Origin: Allobaculum fili
GTDB lineage: Bacteria > Bacillota_I > Bacilli_A > Erysipelotrichales > Erysipelotrichaceae
DNA: 16,159 nucleotides
Direction of reading: 5' to 3'
NCBI RefSeq assembly: GCF_020969955.1
Contig: NZ_JAHDSX010000050.1
Location: 1 to 16,159 of the forward strand
Shown here piece after piece: positions 1 to 8,190 of this stretch. Each line of letters starts with the position of its first letter. Position 1 is the first letter of the stretch. The notes beneath the pieces were generated by a model. The model did no database searches. It had not been told where the DNA came from and saw only the letters and a list, made by a program, of their open reading frames with translations. The translations under genes were made by a program, and so were the position numbers.

Positions 1-2
1 AC

Positions 3-182
3 GACTTAAATCCAGAGCGCTACATGGAGTACGTTCTGGATGAACTCAAATGGTTCAAAGACGATGAAATCGCGGTAGATGTATTGAAGTCACTTCTGCC
101 GTATTCAAAGGATTTACCTGAATATCTCCGAATTGGATACCGTGGACCGGATCCGAAGTATGAAGGAAACGATGAAGAATAA
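3..182 (+). CDS. IS66-family transposase, C-terminal 59 aa (5'-truncated by the window edge)
   Basis: Frame 3 is open from the window edge: DLNPERYMEYVLDELKWFKDDEIAVDVLKSLLPYSKDLPEYLRIGYRGPDPKYEGNDEE, with TAA at 180-182. The LNPxxYxxYxLxEL ... LLP(W/Y)SxxLP pattern is what I recall for the C-terminal domain of IS66 transposases. It is absent from the ORF track because no start codon lies in the window. Confidence 0.6.
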   Translation, partial: DLNPERYMEYVLDELKWFKDDEIAVDVLKSLLPYSKDLPEYLRIGYRGPDPKYEGNDEE

Positions 183-195
183 AAAATACGCCAAG

Positions 196-220
196 CGGGA
201 TCTCGAAAGGGATCCCGTTT
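196..220 (+). terminator. Hairpin after the transposase stop (weak terminator-like)
   Basis: CGGGATCTC-GAAA-GGGATCCCG forms a 9 bp stem with one G-U pair and a GAAA tetraloop. Only TTT follows it. Confidence 0.3.
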
Positions 221-237
221 AGCGTATCTAATATTCA

Positions 238-272
238 GTCTCGCGTATACCCGTCGATTGTTTGACACTTAC
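238..272. repeat. IS66-family right terminal inverted repeat (IRR)
   Basis: The reverse complement of 238-272 is GTAAGTGTCAAACAATCGACGGGTATACGCGAGAC. It matches 16035-16069 (GTAAGCGTCAAATAAAAGACGGGTATTTTCTCGAC) at 26/35 positions, and at 22/26 over the outermost 26 nt. Confidence 0.7.
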
Positions 273-302
273 GAAAAAACATCCGCTTCTGGCTGGTTTT
301 AT

Positions 303-341
303 ACAAAAAGCCTGTCCGATTCCTACAGGAAAGGGACAGGC
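303..341 (-). terminator. Rho-independent terminator of nadE
   Basis: The minus strand reads GCCTGTCC-(16 nt loop with inner TTCC-TGTA-GGAA)-GGACAGGC followed by TTTTTGTAT. The 8 bp GC-rich stem lies about 90 nt after the nadE stop. Confidence 0.6.
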
Positions 342-429
342 AATGGATACACAATATCTTTCAAAAACAGGGGCGGTGCAGTCCGGAGATCCTTTGCTCT
401 ATGCAAAACAGGATCCGGATCGGGTGATG

Positions 430-2361
430 CTAGAGCTCGATCGAATCGAGATCGGCCATCCACATGGAGCGGGAAGCGTCGGAAGGCATGCGCCAGTCGC
501 CGCGCGGGGAGAAGTTGACGGAACCAACCTTGACGCCGTCTGGCATGACGTTGCGCTTGAACTGCTGGCTGAAAAAGCGCTGATAAAACAGACGCAGCGT
601 CTTGAGAATTTCTTTTGGATCCGTATTTGGGAAAGCATGGCAGGCCAGATCGAAAATCTTGGAAGGCGATTCGTGGAATCGCATCATATGATACAGGAAG
701 AAGTCGTGCAGATCGTAGCTGCCGAGTACCTGTTCGGTTTTCTGGGCGATCGACCCGTCTTTATCGGGCGGAAGAAGTTCCGGGGAAACCGGGGTGTCGC
801 AAATGCTGGTAAGGACATCGTATAAAGCCGTATTGCCCTGATTTTTCGCTTCGAGCGCTTCGGTTTCGACCAGATAGCGAACGAGCGTTTTCGGCACGGA
901 TACGTTGACTGCGTACATGGACATGTGATCGCCGTTGTATGTGCACCAGCCAAGAGCCAGTTCGCTCAAATCGCCGGTACCAATGACGAGTGCGTTTTCC
1001 TTGTTGGCCAGATCCATGAGAATCTGTGTACGTTCTCTGGCCTGGCTGTTTTCGTATGTAATGTCGAAGGTATTCGGATCCTGATCGATGTCGCGGAAAT
1101 GAATGTTGACCGCATCAGCGATCGGAATGACTTTTGTGGTGACGTGAAGCAGTTCCATCAGCTTCATGGCGTTGGATTTCGTATGGTCGGTCGTACCAAA
1201 TCCCGGCAGCGTCACGGCGATAATGCCGCTCTTATCGAGATGGAGCAGATCGAAGGCGCGCACGCAGACGAGCAGAGCGAGCGTGGAGTCCAGACCGCCG
1301 GAAATGCCGAGAACGACTTTGGAGCAGCGGATCTTTTTCAGACGGGTCGCCAGACCGGTCGCCTGGATCGTAAGAATTTTCTGGCAGCGCGCAATGCGGC
1401 GATGCAGATCGGAAGGAACGAACGGATAGGCGTTGACGGTTCGCTTGAGTTCGATCGAATGTACAGGTTTGGACGCGAACGGTACTTTCGTTACGCCGTC
1501 TTCGAGCGATTCAAAGGACGTCTTGTATTTCATGCGCTCGTTTTTGAGAATTTCCAGATCGATCTGCGCGGTGATGATTTCCTGCGGATGCAGGATCGAG
1601 CTCTGCGCGAGAATATGACCGTTTTCGGCGATGAGTTTCTGTCCGCCAAATACGAGATCGCTGGAACTTTCATCCGGACCGGCACTGGCATAAATATAAG
1701 CCGCATAATTGCGCGCGGACTGTTCGAGTACAAGAGACGTCCGGTATTCTTCCTTGGCGATGACTTCGTTGGAAGCGGAAAGGTTGCACAGCACGTTGGC
1801 ACCGGCTGCTGCCAGGCGGGAACTTACAGGAATGGAAACCCAGAGGTCTTCACAGATTTCCGGACCGATCACGGCGCCCGTCGTAAAGTCTTCAAACACG
1901 ATGCGCTCGCGAACCGGAACGGCGCGCTTCATAAAATGAACGGTCGCGTTTTCCGGTAAATAGAGCGCGGAGGTAAACCAGCGCGGCTCGTAATATTCGT
2001 TGTAATTGGGCAGATAGTTTTTCGCGTAAAAGCCTAAAACCTGATGATTGGAAATAAAGGCGGCGGCGTTGTACAGATGGTTTTCCACCTGCAAAGGAAG
2101 TCCGACCAGAAGGGAAAGGTGATCCGGCAGCTTTTCGCAAAGCCATTCCAGGGCTTCCAGCACTTTTTTCTGCAGGAGGGATTCATAAAAGAGATCCTGA
2201 CACGTATAGCCCGTTAACGAGAGTTCCGGGCTGACCGCCAGACGTACGGTCTCGGGCAGCTTTTCACAAAGAGAAAGAATATTCATGGCGTTGACCATCG
2301 GATCGCCGATCGATACCGACGGCGTCAGCGCGGCCACTTCATAATAGGTATAAGGTTTCAT
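430..2361 (-). CDS. nadE: Glutamine-dependent NAD+ synthetase (CN-hydrolase glutaminase domain + NAD synthetase domain)
   Basis: 643 aa ORF. The N-terminal nitrilase-type triad contexts are SPELSLTGY (Glu), AKNYLPNY (Lys) and GPEICEDLW (Cys). The C-terminal domain carries the PP-loop GISGGLDST. The size and two-domain layout fit the long-form NadE. Confidence 0.92.
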   Translation of the reverse strand: MKPYTYYEVAALTPSVSIGDPMVNAMNILSLCEKLPETVRLAVSPELSLTGYTCQDLFYESLLQKKVLEALEWLCEKLPDHLSLLVGLPLQVENHLYNAAAFISNHQVLGFYAKNYLPNYNEYYEPRWFTSALYLPENATVHFMKRAVPVRERIVFEDFTTGAVIGPEICEDLWVSIPVSSRLAAAGANVLCNLSASNEVIAKEEYRTSLVLEQSARNYAAYIYASAGPDESSSDLVFGGQKLIAENGHILAQSSILHPQEIITAQIDLEILKNERMKYKTSFESLEDGVTKVPFASKPVHSIELKRTVNAYPFVPSDLHRRIARCQKILTIQATGLATRLKKIRCSKVVLGISGGLDSTLALLVCVRAFDLLHLDKSGIIAVTLPGFGTTDHTKSNAMKLMELLHVTTKVIPIADAVNIHFRDIDQDPNTFDITYENSQARERTQILMDLANKENALVIGTGDLSELALGWCTYNGDHMSMYAVNVSVPKTLVRYLVETEALEAKNQGNTALYDVLTSICDTPVSPELLPPDKDGSIAQKTEQVLGSYDLHDFFLYHMMRFHESPSKIFDLACHAFPNTDPKEILKTLRLFYQRFFSQQFKRNVMPDGVKVGSVNFSPRGDWRMPSDASRSMWMADLDSIEL

Positions 2362-2502
2362 GATTCAGCTCGCTTTCCAGAACAGGCGAAGGAAACGATT
2401 CGACAGAAAAATGCCCGAAGTTTTCCTTCGCTTTTTCATTCTGAGTCCTATTTTACCCGCATTTTACGGGCGCCTTCGAACTTTGGTCTGGAATTGGATC
2501 AG

Positions 2503-2550
2503 CGCCGCAAAGAAAAACCGAAATCCTGCCGCGACGCGAAGATTTCGGTT
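2503..2550 (-). terminator. Rho-independent terminator ending the glycan-locus transcript (after the GT2 gene)
   Basis: The minus strand reads AACCGAAATC-(15 nt loop)-GATTTCGGTT followed by TTTCTTTG. The 10 bp perfect stem (2516-2525 / 2541-2550) lies about 95 nt after the GT2 stop. Confidence 0.65.
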
Positions 2551-2643
2551 CGGTGTTTCTATTGTTCTTTATGGTAAATGCACGTACGCCTGTCCTGCTT
2601 TTTGCGGTATTGAGGCAGAGAATGACGCATCACCAGACGCGTT

Positions 2644-3696
2644 TTATCGTTTTCTGTTTTTGTCGCGATAGCCGGCAAGGACATAAATCCAGCCGCAGAT
2701 CTGCTCTTTTCGCGTCATGCAGGAACGTTTGGGATCTTTCATGAGCTTTCGATAGAGTGAGAAGGACCTGCGATCCATCGCTTCCATATACGTTTCCAGA
2801 AACGCCAGCTCTTCGGCCATATCTTTTGTGAAAAGGTCACTTTGCGTAATCTGCAGTGAGCAGAGGACGTGAATTCGATCGAGATAGGGTGCCGTGCGGT
2901 AATAATACGTTCTCGCGTGCTTCAGTTTGGTCAGCAGCGAATCGGAATACGCTTGCGGAAGGCTGGTCGTATTGGAATCGTGAATCCGATAGTCAAACAG
3001 CCGCTTGTCCAGATAATAGAGCGAATGGGTTGTTGCGCCCAGCAGAGCGAGCTGCCAGTCGTGGGGAAGCAGAAAGTTCTGATCGGCGACGTAGCGCTTG
3101 GCCATGTCTCTGGTAATCATCATCGCGCAGCCCTGAAAGCCGTTGTGGATGAAGATATCCGAAAGTTCGATTGGCGTCATGCCGTTCAAAGTGATGTCGG
3201 ATTTTTCGAGCAGGTTCTGGTTAGACCAGCCTGGAAGGGGATCTGCTTCGAAAAGTTCGCCGTTCTGGTTCATGAACGAAAAGGAAGAGGCGATGACTTG
3301 GGCTTCGGGAAACTCCCGATGCGCCTGCAGCATCGTTTCGATTTTATCCGGATGCCAGCGATCGTCCTGATCGCACAGGAAAATGAAATCGCCGCTTGCC
3401 GCTTCGAGCAGGCGGGCAAAATTTCGGATGTAGCCAAGATTTTCATCGCTGTCGAGAACACGTACGTTCAAATTGGGATGCGCTTCGATCCAGGCGTTAA
3501 TAACGGCGTTGCTGTGATCGGTAGAACCGTCATCGCGAATGAGCAGTTCGTCAAAGGGACGGGTCTGGCTGGCGATGGAATCGAGCTGTTCTGCTAAATA
3601 CGGTTCGCCGTTATAGACAGCAACGACAACACTGACGCGCTCCAAAACCGGGTCCGGAACGGAGAGCGGGGAAGACGATTCAGAAGAAAGAGGCAT
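2644..3696 (-). CDS. Family 2 glycosyltransferase (cell-wall polysaccharide type, rhamnosyl/hexosyl-transferase-like)
   Basis: 350 aa. It has the GT-A N-terminus VSVVVAVYNGEPYLAEQLDSIASQT...LIRDDGSTDHS and the motif LCDQDDRWHPDKI. Its ATG lies 8 nt after the upstream ATPase stop, with an AAGGA overlapping that stop (TAAGGATCTCTATG), which suggests translational coupling. Confidence 0.85.
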   Translation of the reverse strand: MPLSSESSSPLSVPDPVLERVSVVVAVYNGEPYLAEQLDSIASQTRPFDELLIRDDGSTDHSNAVINAWIEAHPNLNVRVLDSDENLGYIRNFARLLEAASGDFIFLCDQDDRWHPDKIETMLQAHREFPEAQVIASSFSFMNQNGELFEADPLPGWSNQNLLEKSDITLNGMTPIELSDIFIHNGFQGCAMMITRDMAKRYVADQNFLLPHDWQLALLGATTHSLYYLDKRLFDYRIHDSNTTSLPQAYSDSLLTKLKHARTYYYRTAPYLDRIHVLCSLQITQSDLFTKDMAEELAFLETYMEAMDRRSFSLYRKLMKDPKRSCMTRKEQICGWIYVLAGYRDKNRKR

Positions 3697-3704
3697 AGAG
3701 ATCC

Positions 3705-4868
3705 TTATCCTTTATCATCGTCTTCAAAGTTGACGGGATTTTCATCGAAGCGCACACGGATGCTCTTGTGGTCGATCTGGCGCTTGGTTTTGCCGTCGCG
3801 CAAAATGACTTCAATGCGATGGGCACCGTCGGTGAGCTTTTCTTTTGGAATGATGACTTCAAAGCCGACGGTGTCTTCATGGATGAAGCCGGCATAGTCT
3901 TCTTCGTACGCTTTGAACACGTCGCTTCGACGGGATCGGCACGTATTGGGAAGTACTTCGTCATCGAAGAGCACTTCAAGCTGTTCATCCAGGGAGTTGG
4001 AAACGCCCCAGCCTTTGACGTGAAGGTTTTCCGAGTTGGGCAGCGACTGGAAGGGCGCGGGGGTATCGATGAAGACGGCGCCGCGTACATGGGCGTTGGC
4101 GTCTTCGGCGGCTTTCTGCGCTTCTTCCTTGTTGTCGATGGCGGACTGTTCCAGGTATTTGGAAATGACGTACGTCGGGTCGCCGTCCAGGCGCAGATGG
4201 CCTTTGTAAATCCATACCGCGCGGGAGCAGAGAATTTTGACCATGCCCAGCGAGTGGCTGACGATGACGATCGTCTTGTCGGAGTCGCGCAGTTCTTCGA
4301 GCTTGTCGAAGCACTTGTTCTGGAAGTGCTGGTCGCCGACGGCCAGAATTTCGTCGATGAGCAGAATTTCGGCGTCAACATTGATGGCAACGGAGAAAGC
4401 CAGACGCATATACATACCGGAAGAGTACGTGCGGACCGGTTCGTCGATAAAGTGACCGAGTTCGGAAAATTCGATGATGTCATCGATACGCTTGTCGATT
4501 TCATCCTTGTTCAGACCGAACACAGCCGCGTTGAAGTAAATGTTTTCGCGGCCGGTGAAGTCCGGATGGAAGCCGGCGCCAAGCTCGAGCAGACTGGTCA
4601 GCTTGCCCTGGGTTTCTACCGTACCTTTATTCGGGTAGAGAATGCGGGTCATCAGTTTGAGAAGAGTCGACTTGCCGGACCCGTTGGTTCCGATCAGAGC
4701 GACGGTTTCTCCTTTTTTTATGTCGAGGGAAATATCATCGAGGACGACGTTTTCCGTCATCGCGCCTTTGCGGCGGGTGAGTCTTTCCTTGAGGGTTTTC
4801 TGTTTGTCTTTGTAGATCTTGAAGGTCTTGGTCATATGCCGGATTTCAATAGCATTGGACTGATCCAT
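3705..4868 (-). CDS. Polysaccharide/teichoic-acid export ABC transporter ATP-binding protein (Wzt/TagH family) with a ~130 aa C-terminal extension
   Basis: 387 aa. Motifs present are Walker A GTNGSGKST, signature YSSGMYMRLAF, Walker B ILLIDEILAVGD and H-loop VSHS. A non-NBD tail follows from about aa 255. The RBS is GAGGTGG upstream of the ATG. Confidence 0.9.
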   Translation of the reverse strand: MDQSNAIEIRHMTKTFKIYKDKQKTLKERLTRRKGAMTENVVLDDISLDIKKGETVALIGTNGSGKSTLLKLMTRILYPNKGTVETQGKLTSLLELGAGFHPDFTGRENIYFNAAVFGLNKDEIDKRIDDIIEFSELGHFIDEPVRTYSSGMYMRLAFSVAINVDAEILLIDEILAVGDQHFQNKCFDKLEELRDSDKTIVIVSHSLGMVKILCSRAVWIYKGHLRLDGDPTYVISKYLEQSAIDNKEEAQKAAEDANAHVRGAVFIDTPAPFQSLPNSENLHVKGWGVSNSLDEQLEVLFDDEVLPNTCRSRRSDVFKAYEEDYAGFIHEDTVGFEVIIPKEKLTDGAHRIEVILRDGKTKRQIDHKSIRVRFDENPVNFEDDDKG

Positions 4869-5068
4869 GAATCCACCTCGCGTTTCTAATGCGAAATCCT
4901 TACGGATTTCCTTACTTTGTTTCAGTTTCTTTTCGTTCAGATTCTTTTAATTTATGAAAAAGGAAGGCACCTCGGGTTCAGAGGCTGTTTCCTGTTCTTT
5001 CGTTTTTCAAATTGGTTTTGATCGTTCTGGCTCTGCCATCAGGCGGCAGGGCAATGGCCATACGCATT

Positions 5069-5112
5069 CGGAAAGAAACAAGGATGAGAAGGCAGTGACT
5101 GACTTCTCATCC
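5069..5112 (-). terminator. Terminator-like hairpin between the dual-GT2 gene and the ATPase gene
   Basis: The minus strand reads GGATGAGAAG-(11 nt loop)-CTTCTCATCC followed by TTGTTTCTTTCC. The 10 bp perfect stem (5082-5091 / 5103-5112) lies 48 nt after the GT stop. I found no convincing promoter downstream of it, so it may be leaky. Confidence 0.5.
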
Positions 5113-5159
5113 CTGGCATTCTCGTTTCGGAACGGTTCTTTTCCGGATCGATGGGCCGG

Positions 5160-7763
5160 TTATTTCTTTTCAGACGAAGCTTTCGTTTCGTCTTCGTTTT
5201 TTGGTTCTGGCCGTTCTGGACGGAGGGTTCCGCATGTGTAGTAGTCTTCGCCCAGGAAGTCCGGGTTGATGTAGGGGTTGACTTCATCGTCCTTGCGCAG
5301 CTGGTAGGTAATGCTGGTGAGGTCGAGATTGGGGTTGTAGTACGGATCTTCGCTGCGCAGTTCATCCGGCCACAGATGATACATGCGGCGCACTTCGTTT
5401 TCAAAGCGGGCTTTTTTCTTCTCATCATCTTCGTAGCCGCGGGTCTGCGATTCGTAGTGGAACATGATCGCAAATGGGTTCTGGATGATCTGGTGGCCGG
5501 CTTTGCGGATTCTCAGGCAGAGATCAATGTCGTTGTAGGCGACGGCGAGATCTTCGTTAAAGCCGCCGATTTCTTCAAAGACGTGGCGGGGAACCATCAG
5601 ACAGGCAGCCGTTGCGGCGGAGACGTTGGTCATCGTACGCAGGCGGTAGTTTTCGCCGCCTTCGACCTGACCGATCATCGCGTGACCGGCAACCCCGGAA
5701 TGGCCGATGATGACGCCGTTGTGCTGGATCGTGCCGTCTTCATAGTACAGCTTGGCACCGACCGCACCCACACCGGGCAGAACGGCCTGGCCGAGGAGTT
5801 CCTGAAGCAGATCGCCGTTTATGGCTTCGGTATCGTTGTTCAGAAACAGCAGGTATTCGCCTTTGGCGTGCTTTACGCCAAAGTTGTTGATGGCGGAGTA
5901 GTTGAACGGATGCTGCCATTCAATGATCTGTACTTTATCCGGATACGTGCGCTTGATATCTTCGTAGCCTTCAAACGTCTTCTGTTCCGTCGAGTTGTTT
6001 TCGACCACGATGACTTCAAAGTTTTTGTACGTCGAGCGGCGGATAAGGTTGTCCAGGCAGACGTTGAGGTCGTTGATGTGATCCTTGTTGGGGATGATGA
6101 CCGAAACGAGCGGATTGCCCGGTGTCGGGTATTTGAGATGGTACTGGCCATGGACGTCGGTATCGAGCACTTCGACATCCATACCGTTGCGTGTCGCCCA
6201 GTCTTTGAGGGCACGTTCGCCGGCCGTGTAGGCCCAGAGCTTGCTTTCGGAATCGAGCGCGGTCGATCCGGCATGCATGCGCCAGTGATACAGGATGCGC
6301 GGCAGATGGCCGATCTTTTCGGGCTTGCAGATGTCCATCAGACGAAGCACGAGATCGAAGTCCTGCGCGCCGTCGTATTCGCTTTTGAGCGTTCCGCCGG
6401 CCGCGTCATAGACGCTCTTTTTCATCGTCAGGAAGTGACAGATGTAGTTGGTGGAACGCAGCAGAGCCGGGGAGAAATCCGGCTTGAAGTTTGGACCGAC
6501 ATAGCGGCCGGTCGCGTCTTCAAATTTGTCTTCGTCGGTATAGACGAAGTCGTAGTCGTGTTCGTTAAACGCCTTAACGACTTCAAACAGGCAGTCCGGT
6601 TCGAGGAAGTCGTCGTGGTCGTACAGCGAAATGAGTTCGCCGTCCGCCAGATCGGCTGCGGCGTTCATGTTGCCGGAAATGCCGAGGTTTTTCTCCAGAC
6701 GGCACCAGGAAATTTTTGGATCCGGATGCGCCTTGAGGTAGTCTTCGACATCGTTTGTCGAAGAGCCGTCGGCGATGCACAGCTGCCAGTTATCGTACGT
6801 CTGTTCGCGCACGGAATCGATCATTTTTTCCAGAAGATCGAGCGGCGTGTTGTACGCGGCAACGATCAGGGAAACTTTCGGATTCCAGTCAAATTTCACC
6901 CTGCGCTGCGCTTCAAGCTGTTCCGGTGTAGCGCGGTGCGCGAGGAACCAGCGGTTGTACTCATCGTTAAACGGGGAGTCCTTATGGGTCGCCTTGAAGT
7001 GGAGACGGGAAAGGAACGGTTTCAGCCCGTGGATGCGCAGGTATTCCACGCCATGGGAAATGCGCTGGGCGTTGATGCCTTTCAGATTAAGCCAGCTCAG
7101 TTTTGGCTGAACGATCGGAACGATCCATTCCTGCTGCCCGTTCGACACTTTCATGGAAAACGGCTTATCGAAGCGGGCCGGGTTGTTTACATAAATATGG
7201 AAGCCGCTGACGCGTTCGGTCAGAGTGAAGAAGCTGCGGGAAACATCAAAGCGGGCGGAGAAGCGAACTTTAGCGTCCTTAACTTCGTTTCCGTGCGCGT
7301 CGAGCAGGGTGATTTCGAACGGCTCGGACGAATTGGTGCCGATCAGCCAGCCCTGAATGATCAGAAGGTCTTTTTTCTTCTGGTACAGATAGACGTCGAT
7401 CATCGACATCAGGCCAGTCGTATTGGTCGCTTTTTCGAGCGCCTGGCCTTCGAATACTTTTTTTCCGCGGCCGTTGTAGGTCAGTTCAACTTTTTCAACG
7501 TTCACGTTTGGCAGATCCGCACGCAGGGTAAAGCCGGCGTGGGTAATTTCCGGTGCCTGTTTGGCGAGGCGGGCACCCTGATTGCGGCGGTCGCGGCGTA
7601 CGCGCGTGTGTACAGGCTGGCCGTTGACTTTCAGCTCAAAGTCGCCGCCTTCCGGAGTTTCGGTATCGACCGCGATGCCGGACATCACAATCGAAACGGA
7701 CTGATCCGGATGCGGGGTTACGAGAAACTGGTTGATCATTAAAGAATAAAATTCATTGCTCAT
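5160..7763 (-). CDS. Large bifunctional glycosyltransferase: ~290 aa N-terminal non-catalytic region followed by two GT2 (GT-A) domains; candidate glycan polymerase of the ABC-dependent pathway
   Basis: 867 aa. GT2 domain 1 is KVSLIVAAYNTPLDLLEKMIDSVREQTYDNWQLCIADGSS ... LYDHDDFLEP. GT2 domain 2 is LVSVIIPNKDHINDLNVCLDNLIRRSTYKNFEVIVVENNS ... LFLNNDTEAI. An AAGGA RBS lies 6 nt upstream of the ATG. Confidence 0.85.
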   Translation of the reverse strand: MSNEFYSLMINQFLVTPHPDQSVSIVMSGIAVDTETPEGGDFELKVNGQPVHTRVRRDRRNQGARLAKQAPEITHAGFTLRADLPNVNVEKVELTYNGRGKKVFEGQALEKATNTTGLMSMIDVYLYQKKKDLLIIQGWLIGTNSSEPFEITLLDAHGNEVKDAKVRFSARFDVSRSFFTLTERVSGFHIYVNNPARFDKPFSMKVSNGQQEWIVPIVQPKLSWLNLKGINAQRISHGVEYLRIHGLKPFLSRLHFKATHKDSPFNDEYNRWFLAHRATPEQLEAQRRVKFDWNPKVSLIVAAYNTPLDLLEKMIDSVREQTYDNWQLCIADGSSTNDVEDYLKAHPDPKISWCRLEKNLGISGNMNAAADLADGELISLYDHDDFLEPDCLFEVVKAFNEHDYDFVYTDEDKFEDATGRYVGPNFKPDFSPALLRSTNYICHFLTMKKSVYDAAGGTLKSEYDGAQDFDLVLRLMDICKPEKIGHLPRILYHWRMHAGSTALDSESKLWAYTAGERALKDWATRNGMDVEVLDTDVHGQYHLKYPTPGNPLVSVIIPNKDHINDLNVCLDNLIRRSTYKNFEVIVVENNSTEQKTFEGYEDIKRTYPDKVQIIEWQHPFNYSAINNFGVKHAKGEYLLFLNNDTEAINGDLLQELLGQAVLPGVGAVGAKLYYEDGTIQHNGVIIGHSGVAGHAMIGQVEGGENYRLRTMTNVSAATAACLMVPRHVFEEIGGFNEDLAVAYNDIDLCLRIRKAGHQIIQNPFAIMFHYESQTRGYEDDEKKKARFENEVRRMYHLWPDELRSEDPYYNPNLDLTSITYQLRKDDEVNPYINPDFLGEDYYTCGTLRPERPEPKNEDETKASSEKK

Positions 7764-7844
7764 AAAATGTCCTTTTTAAACCGGTCAGTCCCAGGGCACA
7801 GGTCTTTGTCGGTGCGGCGTTCGGGCTGCCGTCTGATTACTTTA

Positions 7845-7859
7845 CTTCATGTTTAACAT
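7845..7859. repeat. Left copy of a 15 nt imperfect direct repeat flanking the AT-rich spacer core
   Basis: CTTCATGTTTAACAT here matches CTTCGTGTTTAACAC at 8091-8105 at 13/15 positions. The copies are 246 bp apart. Confidence 0.4.
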
Positions 7860-8090
7860 CAAAATAACATTGATGAATCCATCGCGTCGAAATGAACTCT
7901 TGTACACTGTCAAATTTTCGCTTTGCGCAAACCAAAGCAGTTCAACTTCGATCGCATATTTCTTTTCTGTCGGGATGCTCTTTTTATATAAAGGAAAAAA
8001 GCAGATCTCCATACAGCCAAAATCCGGATAGAACATCCGGATCAGGTCTTCTTGATTCTGCAGAGAAATGCGTTTTCGATTGCTTGTTTC

Positions 8091-8105
8091 CTTCGTGTTT
8101 AACAC
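8091..8105. repeat. Right copy of the 15 nt imperfect direct repeat
   Basis: CTTCGTGTTTAACAC. See 7845-7859. Confidence 0.4.
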
Positions 8106-8190
8106 GTAACCAACAAATTAAATGTGCAGAATCCCTCAATTGGTGCCGCTTTATCAGCGGGTAAGAAAAGATAGAAAGCCTTTGGAAGCC

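Larger units (their letters stand above)
1..272 (+). mobile_element. 3' portion of an IS66-family insertion sequence (transposase C-terminus, hairpin, right terminal inverted repeat); the element continues left of the window
   Basis: A partial transposase ORF ends at 182. A terminal repeat ends ...GACACTTAC at 272 and is the inverted match of 16035-16069. Read from outside, the terminus starts GTAAG, as IS66-family ends do. Confidence 0.65.

Noticed and set aside
258-825. Plus-strand ORFs 258-518 and 262-825.
   Set aside because: They start inside the IS terminal repeat, run through the nadE terminator, and continue antisense to nadE. They have no RBS and no recognisable protein features.
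2362-2500. The nadE leader as a known NAD+ riboswitch.
   Set aside because: I cannot recognise the nadA-motif or pnuC-motif architecture in it. I report only the alternative hairpins.
5151-7742. An 863-codon plus-strand ORF almost exactly mirrors the dual-GT2 gene. Similar long antisense ORFs lie opposite nearly every real gene (925-1959, 3768-4889, 8960-10519 on plus; 11185-11982, 13091-13927, 14310-14987, 15015-15932 on minus).
   Set aside because: These are shadow ORFs. Their translations are low-complexity (rich in R, G, A, V, F, D) and carry no recognisable motifs. In contrast, every opposite-strand partner has clear family motifs and an RBS. Sense-strand codon usage that avoids TTA, CTA and TCA removes stops from one antisense frame.
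7908-7913. A perfect TTGACA -35 hexamer on the minus strand inside the spacer, considered as an internal promoter for the polymerase gene.
   Set aside because: No acceptable -10 hexamer lies 16-18 nt downstream (TCGACG and neighbours).
7860-8091. MITE interpretation of the repeat-flanked AT-rich core (terminal inverted repeats just inside the direct repeats).
   Set aside because: The inner ends (CAAAATAACATTGA... vs the reverse complement GAAACAAGCAATCGA...) match only loosely. That is not convincing evidence of terminal inverted repeats.
7842-8105. An 87-codon ORF in the AT-rich spacer, considered as a real gene.
   Set aside because: It has a GTG start with no Shine-Dalgarno sequence, and no RBS before the internal ATG either. 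I recognise no family motifs. Its ends coincide with the direct repeats. I report it as part of a finding, not as a CDS.
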